From the NCBI RefSeq assembly GCF_963921235.1, contig NC_086097.1, positions 174,098,001 to 174,162,000 on the forward strand: DNA of 64,000 bases, written 5' to 3'. Below, one piece after another: positions 50,233 through 63,900 of this stretch; position 1 is the stretch's first letter; every line of letters starts with the position of its first letter. The notes beneath the pieces are model-generated. The model searched no databases, was not told the DNA's origin, and saw nothing but the letters and a program-made list of their open reading frames with translations. The translations under genes and the position numbers were made by a program. This DNA is from Mobula hypostoma (taxonomy: Eukaryota).

Positions 50233-50605
50233 CCATTGGATATTAGTCCCCCTCAGGTTCAGGTACAAACCGTCCCTTCTGCACAGGTCTCACCTTCCCT
50301 GGAAGTTTGCCTAGTGATCCAAAAATCTGAAGCCCTCCCTTCTGCATCAACTCCTCAGTGTTAAGTTCTCTCTCCCTCTGCACAATCCGGTGTCTCCTTG
50401 GGACGATGGTGTGCAAAAAGTGCTGACTGCCCCTGCGCACTTTAATTCTCTCCCTCCACTCAATGCGGTGTCTCCGTGGGATTGTGGCACGCAAAATGTG
50501 TTCTGATATTAAAGTGGTGATTATGTAGGTGTTGTTGGTATTTTGAAATCTTGAAATGAGCTAGTATAATTTGCAGATGTGTGATGCTTTCGTTGATTAG
50601 ACCTT

Positions 50606-51829
50606 TTCAGTGGATAAAGAGATGCAAGTCTGGGCAGATATTGTACTTTCTGACAGCTGTTGCATTTTTGAGGAATGTGCCTAATAACTTCAGTTCCAGG
50701 CCTCCATATTTGCTTTCATGTTGGTCTGTATATAGATGACGGTGAAAGGAAGAGTTGTGTATCTACAAGCCAGTGTTGGTTTCACCTATGGTTAAATAAG
50801 AGCCAACAGCAGAAGTTTCTGGTTTACTGGCAATACCAAATCCTTTTGAATAGTTTTGGAGCATTCATTCACCTTTGGCATACAAATTAAAAGTCGCACT
50901 TTAGAGGTTAGCAAGAATTGTAGCAGAAATGGGAATAATCTAATTTTTGAAAGCCTGTTCACAATCAACTATTTATTACCCTTTCTGGCATCAGAATATA
51001 TTTAAAACATACTTCAAAATTCAGACAAATGCTTTGAGAGAGTGCAGAGGATATTTAATAGACAGGTACCTGATGTGATGAATTTGAATACTTACAAGAA
51101 TGGAGATTGCTCTACTTAAAATAGTTGAGAATAAGTAATTTTATTTAAGTGGCTTTTGCTAAAGTAAGGAAAGCTGCTGCTGCCAGGAAGACAAAATCCA
51201 TTAATATAACTGGCCAAAGTAGAAGGGGTGAAATGAGATTTGATTTCTCACACACGATGTAATATGGATGCATTTTCTGAAAAACTGTGGCTGTATTTCA
51301 CTTGTTGTTTCCAAAATGATATATATTCATAAAAATGATAAAATTTGGGTTAAATTGGAAAATTCTTTTAAACTTCTGATATAGACGCCTCTTTCTAGGC
51401 TGTATGAAGCCTTTTATGTAGGTGGAAATTTTTGTATAGAACTCTCTTTGCTCTACCATGTTTGAGTGAGTGTGTTTTTATATCTTGGTCAAGATATCGA
51501 AATTGCAAATGAAGTTAGTACTGTTTCATTTGAAATTTGCTCAGTGACAATATGTATTGTCTGTGTTTCTTGTATTTGTGTGTCTTGTATTTGTGATTTT
51601 AGCTATCTGCTCTGACCTGTACAGCACTTTGGTCAACGTGGGTTGTTTTTAAGTGTGCTATATAAATAAATTTGACTTCAGTGGATAAAGAGGCAGATAT
51701 TGTACTTTTTGACAGCTGTTGCATTTTTGAGGAATGTGCTTAATAATTTCAGTTCCAGGCCTCCATACTTGCTTTCATGTTGGTGTGTATATGGATAATG
51801 ATGAAAGGAAAAGTTGTGTATCTACAAGC
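50606..51829 (+). repeat. Direct repeat of ~150-165 bp (50606-50770 and 51677-51829)
   Basis: ttcagtggataaagag...gtgtatctacaagc occurs twice; an L2-like 3' tail (51605-51676) abuts copy 2. Confidence 0.9.
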
Positions 51830-53014
51830 ATTATTCGATGGAAGCTCTGACTGATTATTTGTAGGGGACAACTTTAATTGAAAGTCAAATGTGCTTGGTA
51901 AGTCAAGGAGTGAATCTAGTTCTTAATGTGATTATTGTGATATCAGGTCTACAGGAGAAGCAGGTCTTCAAGTTGATTACACATTTTGGATACAAAGTTA
52001 GTTCAGTCCTTATTTATCATTAAAACTTACAAATTTGTATGCCTGTAATTGACCTTGTGTGTGTTTTCTTTTACCTGTATGGGATGTTGACCCGCTGTCA
52101 CAGCAGCATGTGAACTCAAGTCAAGCTGTCACCTGTCCCTCTTATAAGTTTTGAGCAATTATTGAAATATTTTTTGAAATATAATTAGTTTTGTAATGTT
52201 TGGAATGTAGTCTATTTGTACGTCAGCTGCCGTATTATAGTTATCAGGAAATCTGCTTTTCTGAATGGAATTGACTTCAGGTGAAGTTCTTAACTAAAGT
52301 TCATGCTGACCTCTGGCAGTAAGGCATTCACTCTGTTCTGCACAGTAAAGCTGGATTTTATCTGGTGCTCACAATTCCATAGTAGAAATTGAAATAGTAG
52401 TGTCCTGGTTCAAGGTGACAATGATGTTTGTCAGAATATCACAGGAGCTTGCTTTCATGTAGTGGAGAAATCTATATCACTTGTCCTTTAATTTGAAAGA
52501 TTCAAAGATGAGGAATTATGTGGATGTATAAAGAGCTTAAGAATTGTGCTGCAGTTTGCTAAAGGTATTTGAGGATATGGATTTATGATACAGATTAGTG
52601 GAATGTAGTCTTACTGAGGAGCAATAATTCTTGGCTTTTATTCTTCTTAAACTTGTATTACCTACAGAAGGCATCTCAAGGCACTAGAAAGATATCACCT
52701 TTGTTATCTCTGCAAACTTCTCTAAGTCCACCGGGATGATAGGTGAACCAATATCAGCATGGTCTCCAAGGCTGATATGCTCAGTATATTAAAGTCCTAA
52801 TAACACTCAGTCCGTCCTTTAGGATTGGCTACATCGTTCATACGCCCAATACCAGATGGCATATTCTAATAATTCTACACTATATCCTGAGCACTGTCAC
52901 AGAGAAGTATTCAAGCCTGTTCTCAAAACCACCTTAGTAACTCTACACTCATGATTGCTTAGGGTAGAGGAGGAGCATTTGGGATGACATTTACAAGAGG
53001 TGATGTCTCAGGAA

Positions 53015-53452
53015 GCACACACATATAAAAGTTGCTGGTGAACGCAGCAGGCCAGGCAGCATCTCCAGGAAGAGGTGCAGTCGACCTTTCAGGCCGAGAC
53101 CCTTCGTCAGGACTAACTGAAGGAAGAGTGAGTAAGGGATTTGAAAGTTGGAGGGGGAGGGGGAGATCCAAAATGATAGGAGAAGACAGGAGGGGGAGGG
53201 ATGGAGCCAAGAGCTGGACAGGTGATAGGCAAAAGGGATACGAGAGGATCATGGGACAGGAGGTCCGGGAAGAAAGACAAGGAGGTGGGGGGGGGGACCC
53301 AGAGGATGGGCAAGGGGTATATTCAGAGGGACAGAGGGAGAAAAAGGAGAGTGAGAGAAAGAATGTGTGTATAAAAATAAGTAACAGATGGCGTACGAGG
53401 GGGAGGTGGGGCATTAGTGGAAGTTAGAGAAGTCGATGTTCATGCCATCAGG
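53015..53452 (-). mobile_element. PLE 3' tail with hammerhead motif (53079-53114)
   Basis: Reverse complement of ~42705-43120; CTGACGA...GAAAGGTC. Confidence 0.85.
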
Positions 53453-54089
53453 AAGGTGGAATCCATCATTAGAGATGCTTACCATCTTGGCCATACTTTC
53501 TTCTTGATACTGCCATCAGGCAGGAAATACTGGAGGCTGAAGAACTGCACCTTAGGGTTCAACAACACCAGTTTCCCCACTGTCTGTTTCCCAGTTGGGC
53601 CTCATCAACCACCCAGAATCCATAGAACCAGTGCAAAAATTCATGATTGCCCCTGTGGGACTGCTTAAGGAGGAAGAGAAGAACACAGTCATGGTTGATG
53701 TTCAGAATCAAATTAATTGCTCTCTGTCTTAATTCACTGACTCCCTTGATACCACTTTACATTGCCTCAAGTATTTTTAGAGAAGAGTTGGCATCTGCAC
53801 AAACAAATACTTTTCCAGTAACAAGTTGCAGACCAGGATACCATATTTTTATGCTTTATTTTCGGCCTTATCATTCCAGACAGGCAGCCATTTACATTAC
53901 AGATGGTTTTACAGACTGTTTTACTTATTCAGGAATCCAGAGGTCTAAGAGGATCTGTTGACTGCTCCATTCAGTAAAGTAGCCCTTAATTGGAATAATA
54001 CTCATTCAAATGGCTTATAATACAAGTCGTCATTTACAATTCGTTAATAATTGAGATAATGTGGGAAGTGGAGTCAGAGCGAACATGAA

Positions 54090-55950
54090 ATGTAGAACAG
54101 TATAGCACTGCAGGAGGCCCTTCAGCTCATGATGTCTGTGTTGAACATGATACGAAGTTAAACTAAGTCTTTTCATATTACTCTACACCCTGCATATTCC
54201 TCTGTTCAACTAACAACCTCTTGAATGCCACTATTGTATCTACTTCTGTCACAACCCTCAGCAGCCTGTTTCAGGCACCTGCTACCCTTTATATAAAAAA
54301 AACTTGCTCTACACATTTCCCCCACCCAACTTAAATGCATGCTCTCTACTATTTGATCTTCTTTTTTATCCCAGGGAAAAGATTCTGACTGTCAATCCTA
54401 TCTATGCCTCTCATAATTTTATGAAGCTCGTATCAGGTCTTACTCAGCTTCCTATGCTCCAGAGAAAACAACCCAAGTAGTCCAACCTCTCTTGGTAGTT
54501 GATAAGCTCTAATCCAGGCAGCAGCCTGGTAAACCTCTTTCCAAAGCCTGCACATGCTTATTGGAACGGGGTGACCAGAATTCCACACAAAACTTGTGTG
54601 TGGCCTACCAAAGTTTTATATAGCTGCGTCGTTACTTCCATACTCTTATATTAAACACCGCAGTCAATGTTGGCAAGCATGCCATATGCTATCTTACCAG
54701 CTATCCACTTGTGTGGTCACTTTCAGGGCACTGTGGACTTCGATTTCAAGATCCGTCTGTACATCAATGCTTTTAAGGATATGCCCATTAATCATTTACA
54801 TTTCCCTTACTTTTGATCTCCCAAAGTGCAACACATCTTTGAGTTAGAACAGGGGTCTGGGGGTGATGAACTTGTATTCCAATACTAGTTTTACCTTTTC
54901 TGTTGATACTTTGGTGTTAGTTTTTTTCTGTCACTACCTACATACTCTTTTCCATACATATTACTGGAACGTTTGCAGAATATAAACCTTTTAGAGTTAT
55001 AGATTCAAATAGCAAACTGCCCCTTTTGCTCACCAAGATAATGTGAATCATCCAGCATCCAATGAACGTATCTCACTTTATTCCCCTTGCTATCCTCTCT
55101 ACTTCCCCCATATTCTACCACTCATTTAAACATTAGGGAAATTTTTCACAGGGCACTACAGGCCCTTCATCCAATTCAGTCTGTGTCGAAAACTGTTTTT
55201 CTGCCTGGTCCCATCTACCTGCACCATAGCCCTCTATAACCCTCTCTTCCAAATACCTTCTCTTCTGTTGGAAGCTCATCCCACATTCACACTACCCTCT
55301 AAGTGAAAAAAATTCCCCCTCATTTTTCCTTTAAATATTCACCTTTCACGCAAACCTATGACCTCTAATTTTAGTCTCACTCAACCATGGGGAAAAAGAC
55401 TGCATATATTTACCCTATTTATACCCCTCATAATTTTGTATACCTCTATATGATCTGTCATCATTCTCCTATGCTCTAGTAAATAAAGTTCTAACCTATT
55501 TAACCTTGCCCTGCAACTCTGGCAATATCCTTTTAAATTTTCTCTGCATTTTTTTTTGAAACTTATTGATATCTATCCTGTTGGTAGGTGACCAGATCTG
55601 CACACAATACTTCAGGTTTGACCTCACCAATGTCTTACACAACTGCAACATAACATCCCAATTCCTGGTTGCTCTGATTTATGAAGGTCAAAGTGCCAAA
55701 AGCTCTTTTTACTAACCTATCTGCCTGTGATGCCACTTTCAGGAGTTGGGGATCTGTATTCACAGATCCCTTTGTTCTACCATACACTTCAGTGCCCACT
55801 CATTCACTGTATGTGATACCCTGGTTTTTCCTGCCAAAGTGCAGCATCTCACACTTGCCTGCATTAAATTCCATCTCCATTTTTCAGTCGGTCCAGGTTC
55901 TGCAGCAGCTCTGATAATCTTCCTTTGTGTCCACTATACCCCCAGTCTTG
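54090..55950 (-). mobile_element. Two CR1 3' fragments (54090-54840, 55150-55950)
   Basis: CR1 3' UTR and ORF2 C-terminal similarity to other copies in the window. Confidence 0.7.
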
Positions 55951-55954
55951 GTCA

Positions 55955-56135
55955 ATCATCACCCAATTAACCTACCAACTTGTATGTCATTGGATGTAGG
56001 AGGAAATGACTACCCAGAGGAAGCCTGTGAAGTCACAGGGAGAATGTGTGAACCGAATAGCACTGGAAGTCTATATTGAATTCTGATCATTGGAATGATG
56101 AAGCAGTAGCTCTCTGGCTGTGTCATTGTGCTCCC
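55955..56135 (-). mobile_element. V-SINE-like relic
   Basis: Minus strand ttctccctgtgac...ggcttcctctgggtagtcatttcctcctacatcca resembles the V domain. Confidence 0.5.
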
Positions 56136-56229
56136 CTTTTAGTTTTATAAAATGCTGTTTTTATGTCTTTCAGTATATTTTGAATAAGTAACCAGTTATC
56201 TGTTATGCTAATTCCTGGTTGCAGACCAC

Positions 56230-59200
56230 CGATTAAATGAGTCAACCCAGTACAAAAACAGATAAAGACTTGGGCATAAGTAGCAACCTCAACATTGTGG
56301 GACTGTTTTAAAAAAAAGGACTGGAACATATTCAGAGAGACATCTATCTACGACCATCACATTAACATTGATGAATATGTGAGATCTGGGTGTGGTTATA
56401 TAGAGAAGTGCATTGTGGATGCCACTGTTATTAAACATATCTATAACAGGGCAAATCAGAAGCCATGGCTGACAGCAGAGGATCAGGCATGGCTGAGATT
56501 GGAATGTTACCTTCAGATTGAGGGATAAGATGGTTCACAGGTCAGCAAGAGCTGTGCTTTTCTTACACCATTAGGAAGGCAAACGGGATTATCCACAGAA
56601 GATATGTAGCCATTTCTGTGACACCAGAGACACAGGTCCTTCAGCCCACCATGTGCTGAACATTTACTTACTTTAGAAATTACCTTGGGTTACCCATAGC
56701 CCTCTATTTTTCTAAGCTCCATATACCTATGCAGGAGTCTCTTAAAAGACCCTATCGTATCCGCCTCCACCACCCTTGCTGGTGGCCCATTCCACGCACT
56801 CACCACTCACTGTGTAAAAAAAGAAAAAAAACTATTTACCCCTGGCATCTCCTCTGTACCTGCTTCCAAGCACCTTAAAACCGTGCAGTCTTGTGACAGC
56901 CATTTCAGCCCTGGGAAAAAGCCACTGACTATCCACAGAATCAATGCCTTTCATCATCTAATACACCTCTATCAGGTCACCTCTCATCCTCTGCCGCTCA
57001 AAGGAGAAAAGACCGAGTTTACTCAACCTGTTCTCATAAGGCATGCTCCCCAATCTGGGCAACATCCTTGTAAATCTCCAATGCACAGTTTCTATTGTTT
57101 CCATATCCTTCCTGTAGTGAGGTGACCATAACTGAGCACAGTACTCCAAGTGGGGTCTGACCAGGGCCCTATATAGCTATAACATTACCTCTCGGCTCTT
57201 AACCTTAATTCCATGATTAATGAAGGCCAATACACCCATATGCCTTCTTAACCACAGAGTCAACCTGCACAGCTGCTTTGAGCGTCCTATGGACTCAGAC
57301 CCCAAGATCCCACTGATATTCCACACTGCCAAGAGTCTTACCATTAATACTATATTCTGCCATCATTTTTGAACTACGAAAATCAACCACCTCACACTTA
57401 TCTGGGTTGAACTCCAACTGCCACTTCTCAGCCCAGTTTAGCATCCTATCAATGTCGCACTGTAACCTCTGACAGCCCTCCACACTATCCACAACACCCG
57501 CAATCTTTGTGTCATCAGCAAACTAATCCATCCCACCACTTCTTCATCCAGGTCGATTGGTGAAGGAAATGCAGGGCTGGAGAAGGGAGAATCTAATTGG
57601 AGAGGACTGAAGGCCATGGAAGAAAGAAAGTGGGGAGGAGCACCCGAGGGAGGCGTTGGGCAGGTAAGGAGATAAATAGTGAGAGGGAAAACAGAATTTC
57701 TCCGCAGTTTTACATTGGCTCTTCCTCACATCAACTGTGGCCAGACAGAGTGCCTGTTTCAAGGGCATTTGGACCATAACAAACTTCAAACCCACCCTAC
57801 ACATCAATGACAGTGACGCCTCTCTTCCTGATAGGCCTTTACGCTCAGTGCTGAGTAAAGTGCCGGTGAGGAAGGCCCGCCACCCCCCACCCCTGAGGAG
57901 CAGGCGCTCTGTCTGGCTGCAGCTGATGTGAGGAAGAGCCAACCCATGTCAAACTGTGGAGCAATTCTGTTTTCCCTCTCACACTTTATCTCCTTACCTG
58001 CCCATCGCCTCATCGCCTCCCTTGGGTGCTCCTCCCCATTTTTTTTCTTCTGTGGCCTTCAGTCTTCTATTAGATTCTCCCTTCTGCAGCCCTGTATTTC
58101 TTTCACCAATCAACTTCCCAGCTCTTTACTTCACCCATCCCCCTCCCGGTTTCACCTATCTCTCTTCTCCACCACCCCCCCCCCAACCTTTTAACTCTAC
58201 TCCTCTTCTTTTTTTTCTTGAGTCCTACTGAAGGGTCTCAGCCCGAAGTGTCGACTGTACTCTTTCCCATAGATGCTGCCTGGCCTGCTGAGTTCCTCCA
58301 GTATTTTGTGTGTGTTGCTTGGATTTCCAGCATCTGCAGATTTTCTCTGGTTTGTGATTGGTCATTAACAAACCTGGTTGAGTGCTGAGGGACTGTGCAC
58401 CCCAGTTAACAGAGGTTCTAACAGACGTCTTCAATAATTCCCTGGTACAGTCCACTGCCCCCACAGGCTTGAAGGCGGCCACCATCATCTTAATGCCCAA
58501 GTAAATGATAGTAACCAGCCTTAACAACTATCATCCAGTAGCACTGACCTCAACAATAATGAAATGCTTTGAGCAGCTAGTTATGGATCACATTAAATCC
58601 CATTTCCCATTTTCTTGTTATATCAGACCCTTTCCAGTTCGTTATCACTGAAATCAGTCTACTCTGTCCTGTCCCACCTGGAAAATGGTGCTTTGTATAC
58701 CAAGATGCTGTTTATCAACCAGGTCTGGTGTGTAAACTGTCCATGTTGGGTCTCAATAGCTCTCTCTAACTGGATCTTGGACTTCTTGACAGAAAGGCCA
58801 TTGGCAGTCCATGGTGGTAGAAACGTCTCTAGTTCCATCATGCTAAACACCAGCACCACCCAGGGTTGTGTACCAAGGGCACCTGATGCATTGCTGTGCT
58901 GGTCAATCCAGTTCAAACTGAATCATCAGATTCGCTGATGACACACCTATGGTTGGCCAATAATGACAAGACAGAGTACAGAGAGGAGGTAGAGTGGCTG
59001 GTAGAATGGTGCAACCTCAATAACTTGCGTATCAGCGTGAACAAGACTGAATAGATGATTGTGGACTTAAGGAAGGTGCAGCCTGACTACTCCTCACTGC
59101 ACATAAATGGCTGCTGTGTGGAGAGAGTTAGGAGCACCAAGTTTCTGGGAGTGCACATAATGGATGAGCTCACCTGGTCCCTCAACACTACCTCTTTGGT

Positions 59201-61665
59201 CAAGAAGGTACAGCAGCATTTCGACTTGAGGAGATTGAGGCAAGCGAGGCTTCCACCATCCCACAGGAGCATCATTAAGTGTATTCTGACCAGCTGCATC
59301 ATTGTTTGGTGTGCGAATTGCAAGGCATCTGACTGCAAGTCCCTACAAAGGATTGCAAGGAACTCAGCAGGCCAGACAGCATCTATGGAAAAGAGTATAG
59401 TCGACATTTTGGGTTGAGACCCTTAACCAAGAATGGAGAAAAAAAGATGAGTCAGAATTAGAAGGTTGGGGGAGGGAAGGGGGAAACACAAGGTGATTGG
59501 TGAAACTGGGAGTGGGGGGAGGGATAAAGTAGATCTGGGAAGTTAATTGGTGAAAGAGATACATGGATGGAGAAGGGGGAAGCTGAAGGGAGAGCACAGA
59601 AGGCCACGGAAGAAAGAAAAGGAGGAGGAGCACCAGGAGGAGGAGTTAGGGTGAGAGAGGGAAAAGGGTATGAGGAATAGTGATGGGGGTGGGTGGTGGG
59701 GGAGGCATTACCGGAAGTTCAAGAAATCGATGTTCATGCCATCAGGTTGGATGTCACCCAGACTGAATGTAAGGTGTTGCTCTTCTAACCTGAGTATGGC
59801 CTCATTGCGACAGGAGAGGAGGCCATGGACTGACATGTCGGAATGGGAAGTGGAATTAAAATGGGTGGCTATTGGGAGATCCTGCTTTTTCTGGTGGACG
59901 GAGTGTAGGTGCTCAGTGAAGCAGTCTCCCAATTTATGTCAGGTCTTACCAATATACAGGAGGCCACACCGGGAACATCGGATACAGTAGATGACCCCAA
60001 TAGACTCGCAGGTCTGGAGCTGTCTCTGGAGACAGCTTATCTACTGATGTCTATTATAAACCCACTGACTCTCACAGCTACCTGGACTATACCTCTTCCC
60101 ACCCTGTTACTTGTAAGAATGCTATCCCCTTCTCTCAATTCCTCCATCTCCGGCACATCTGCTCTCAGGATGAGGCTTTTCATTCCAGAACGAAGGAGAT
60201 GTCCTCCTTTTTCAAAGAAAGGGGCTTTCTTTCCACCACCATCAACGCTGCTCTTAACCACACCACTTCCATATCGCACCTGTCTGCCTCACCCCATCAT
60301 CACCAAGCACCCCACCAGCCTCTGCGTCCAACACGTAATTCTCCACAACTTCCGCCACCTCCAACTGGATCCCACCACCAAGCAAATCTTTCCCTCTTCT
60401 CCCCCCCCCAACTTTCTGCTTCCCACAGGGATCACTCCCTTGTCTATTCATCCCTTCCCACTGATCTCCCTCCTGGCAATTATTCTGGTAAGCAGAGCAA
60501 GTGCTACACCTGCCCTGACACCACCTCCCTCACTACAATTCAGGGCCCTAAAGAGTTCTTCCAGGTGAGGCGACACTTCACCTGTGAGTCTATTGGGATC
60601 ACTTACTGTATCTGGTGCTCCTAGTGTGGCCTCCTGTATATCGACGAGACCTGACGGAGATCAGGAGTTCACTTCGCTGAGCATCTCGGATCTGTTCACC
60701 AGAAAAAGCAGGATTTCCCATTGGCTATCCATTTTAAATCCATTTCCCATTCCTTCTGTTGCAATGAGGCCACACACAGGTTGGAGGAGCAACACCTTGT
60801 ATTCTGCCTGGGTGGTCCAACTTGATGGTATAAACATTGATTTCTCGAACTTCTGGTAAGTCTCCCTCTTCAGCCTTCCCCATTCCCTTTTCCGTCTCTC
60901 ACTTTATCTCCTTACCTGCCCATCACCTTCCTCTGGTGCTCCCCCCCCCCACCTTTTCTTCCATGGCCTTCTGCCCTCTCCTATCAGAATCCCCCTTCTC
61001 CAGCCATGTATCAATCAACTTCCCAGTTCTTTACTTCACCCCTCCCTCCCCCCCCCAGTTTCACCTATCGCTTTGTGTTTCTTCCTCCCTTCCACCCACC
61101 TTCTAACTCTGACTCCTCATCTTTTTTTCTCCAGTCCTGCCGAAGGGTCTGTGCCTGAAACATCGACTATACCATTTTCCATAGATGCTGCCTGGCCTGC
61201 TGAGTTCCTCCAGCATTTTCTGTGTGTTGCTTGGACTTCCAGTGTTTGCAGATTTTGTTTTGTTTGTGAAAGGATTACAAAGACTGCCGAGAGGATCATC
61301 GGCATCTCTCTTCCTTCTGTCAGAGATATTTATCTGTAGCGTTATGTACGCAAGGCTGTTAACAGTGTCACTGATTCCTAGTACAAGATCTATTATGATA
61401 GGAAACAGCTTCTTTCCCCAGCCGTAAGGCTATTGAGCCCTCTGCCACTACCCAGGTCTCATCACATATGAAATGCCATAAGTGCTATGCTGTTTACTTT
61501 TTAAACTTGTCTCTGAAATGCACCTTAGTGTTTGTTAATTTATTTCGGGTAATATAACTTTATGTTGTGTGCGTGATTTAATATGTACTGTTGTGCACCT
61601 TGGTCCGGAGGAACATTGTTTCGTTTGGCAGTGTACAGTTGAATGACAATAAACTAAACTTGAAG
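56230..61665 (+). mobile_element. Rex1/Babar LINE broken by CR1 (56635-57545) and PLE insertions
   Basis: NQKPWLT (56295-56528); [18 protein letters not shown] ~58520; FADD ~58930; TKFLGVHI (59055-59417); aataaactaaactt tail. Confidence 0.8.
59359..61268. mobile_element. PLE with inverted 5' segment (minus 59359-60012, plus 60020-61268)
   Basis: GIY-YIG and tail on both strands; flanking near-TSD aaaggattgcaa at 59347-59358 and aaaggattacaa at 61269-61280. Confidence 0.85.
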
Positions 61666-61729
61666 TTAATAACTTCATCAAATGTTCGAAGGGACGAATA
61701 GATAAATGATTGTTTGATAATTCAAACAA

Positions 61730-61945
61730 TACAAAAATACAACAGATGCTGGGACTCTGAAGTAAAATGAGGAAATGTTGAAAACACATATTAGGCAATA
61801 GCAGCAACTGTGGCAAATTGATGTTTCAGGTCAAAGACCCTTCATCATGTTTTAACAGAAGGTCTTTGACCTGTGGTGTTGGTTCTTTTTATCTCTATAG
61901 TTGATACTGGATAGACCGAGGACTTCCTGCAATTTCTGAATATTT
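61730..61945. mobile_element. Old fold-back PLE-tail element
   Basis: caggtcaaagacccttc...gaaggtctttgacctg inverted core; hammerhead-like on minus. Confidence 0.55.
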
Positions 61946-63464
61946 GAAAAACTATACATTTCTCAACTTATACAGTTTCTGTGCTATGGAATTGTAAAGA
62001 ATATGATGTGTTTTCAGACTTCAGAGAGAAAATAAGTTTTTGCTTATTTGGAAATCAAATTGGTGGCAGGTACTAAATAAAATGGAAACATTCATCACAG
62101 TATCTGTAAGCTTTTTTGTGTAATACAGTTACTACAATTGACATAAGTCCTTTTCCTGCAGTTACAATTCAAATTGATATTGATGCTCCTGTTTGGCAAA
62201 ATGGAAGAAGCCACAGTTCCAGAAAATGGTGGCTTGCAGTTTTTAAATATTTGCTATTGCGGAATAAAGGCCTTGTTGTATTGACATGATAGTGGTGGAG
62301 GCTGAATTTTTAAAAATTAAACAACAATATGAGAGAATAAAATGAGACATGGGTGTTTTTCATAAAGAAAGCACAGGATATATCTTTGGATAGATGCCCA
62401 GATAATTATTTAGTAGATTAATATAATAGATGAAGGCTGCAGAACAGATGGGGTGACGTAGTTGAAGTTATGGAAATTCAGAGTTTCCAGATGGATAGAA
62501 TTTGTTCTCTTAATTTTTCAGGTGATGGCTAATGCAGATCGTTTTGACCTTAGTTTCAATTGCAGTGAGAAGAGAAGCCCAGATAGTTCCAGTAGGTTGC
62601 GGTTATTAGTTGGCTACAATTAAAAGAATACAAATTCAGAGGACGAAACCAAAGAGACAGATGTTTGGTTTGAATTGTGTGGTTTCTGTAATTCCTGTTG
62701 TATTAAGTAAAGAGTTATGTGAGTTTTCAATCAAGATGATGATTGTGCTAAGTATCATGTTGCCATGACCACTTGGTGACCAAAGGCCAATGGCTCTGAT
62801 GCAGCGCCATTGGTTGTGAAAAAGAACTTACTTTTTTCCGGTAGTTCTAGACATTTGAGGAATCAAAGTATTAAAACACCTATAGAAAAGAATTCTAGTA
62901 CACTTCACATACAGTGCCATTCCCTGAAGCTGTAGAGGATGAAGCAACTTCTGGCTAATGCCATGGATTGCTGCCAATCCAGATAGCTGGCAGATGTCAG
63001 TTGCTTTTTGTGAGCTAGTTATCGTTATTTTATGGAGTTTGTGATAGACTTCTATCAATTGCCACGACCAGGAACATTTATCTTCTTTCTCTGTGCTTTG
63101 TATAGTTATTGTGTAAGGAATTCTTAGTATCTTAGTGTGTGCATAGAACTCTTACTCTATGCCAAGGTTACATTGAATCATTTTACTCAGCAATTGTGTA
63201 AATCTAAAACAGGGAGAAATCAGATACTGTAGATTTTTTTTGCACAAACAGCTCTGCAGGGCTGTTAGATTTGGCTTATATTTGTTTTTCATTTTAGAGA
63301 TTTACTAGTTAGACTAAACTTATGCTCACAAATTTCACCTGCTTAGCTTTCATAGTGTATTAGTTGCATGTAGTAGTTTGTGGCAATCCATCATCCCAAT
63401 ATTCATTTTCAGTGTTGCATCAAATTTTATTTGTGTTAAAATGTTTTCACTTAGCATTATACTT

Positions 63465-63900
63465 ACAGGAACATAGGGCATTTTATAAACATTGATGATT
63501 GGTCCAACAAACCTGTCCCATTTTTAGTAGATCTGCTTTCTTGGCTTATTACCAAATCCCACAGTCTGTTCTTTCTTCAGAAATTTATCTAGTTGTCCCT
63601 TGAAACCATTTATGTTTGCTTCAACAACATTCACTGGTAATGTATTCCACATGTTTACTAGGCTTGGTGTGAAACTTCTCTTTGATTCCTTACTTACCCA
63701 CTGAGTTAGAATTTTCTGCTGTATATAGAACCCTTTATGAATATAAATTGCCTGAGTCAACTCCATTAACTTTCCCCATTTTATTTTCAGAACTTCCCTT
63801 GTCACTTTGTCTCATTATAAACATTCGGTTTCTTCATGATGGTACCATTTTTGTTATATTCATCCTCATCCTCATCCGCATCCATTTTTGTTCTCTACTT
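63465..63900 (-). mobile_element. Degraded CR1 3' fragment
   Basis: ORF 63524-63805 (VNMWNTLPVNVVEA..FKGQLDKFL). Confidence 0.6.

Noticed and set aside
50365..50500. Two diverged ~55-bp direct repeats
   Set aside because: Short, adjacent to a CR1 relic, and probably part of that element.
52959..53427. 151-aa and 131-aa ORFs recurring elsewhere (SPDEGSRPET, DAAWPAAF)
   Set aside because: Translations of the non-coding PLE tail and hammerhead motif, not host genes.
62785..62815. Small hairpin with inverted CCAAT boxes
   Set aside because: Too short to distinguish from chance; no promoter context.
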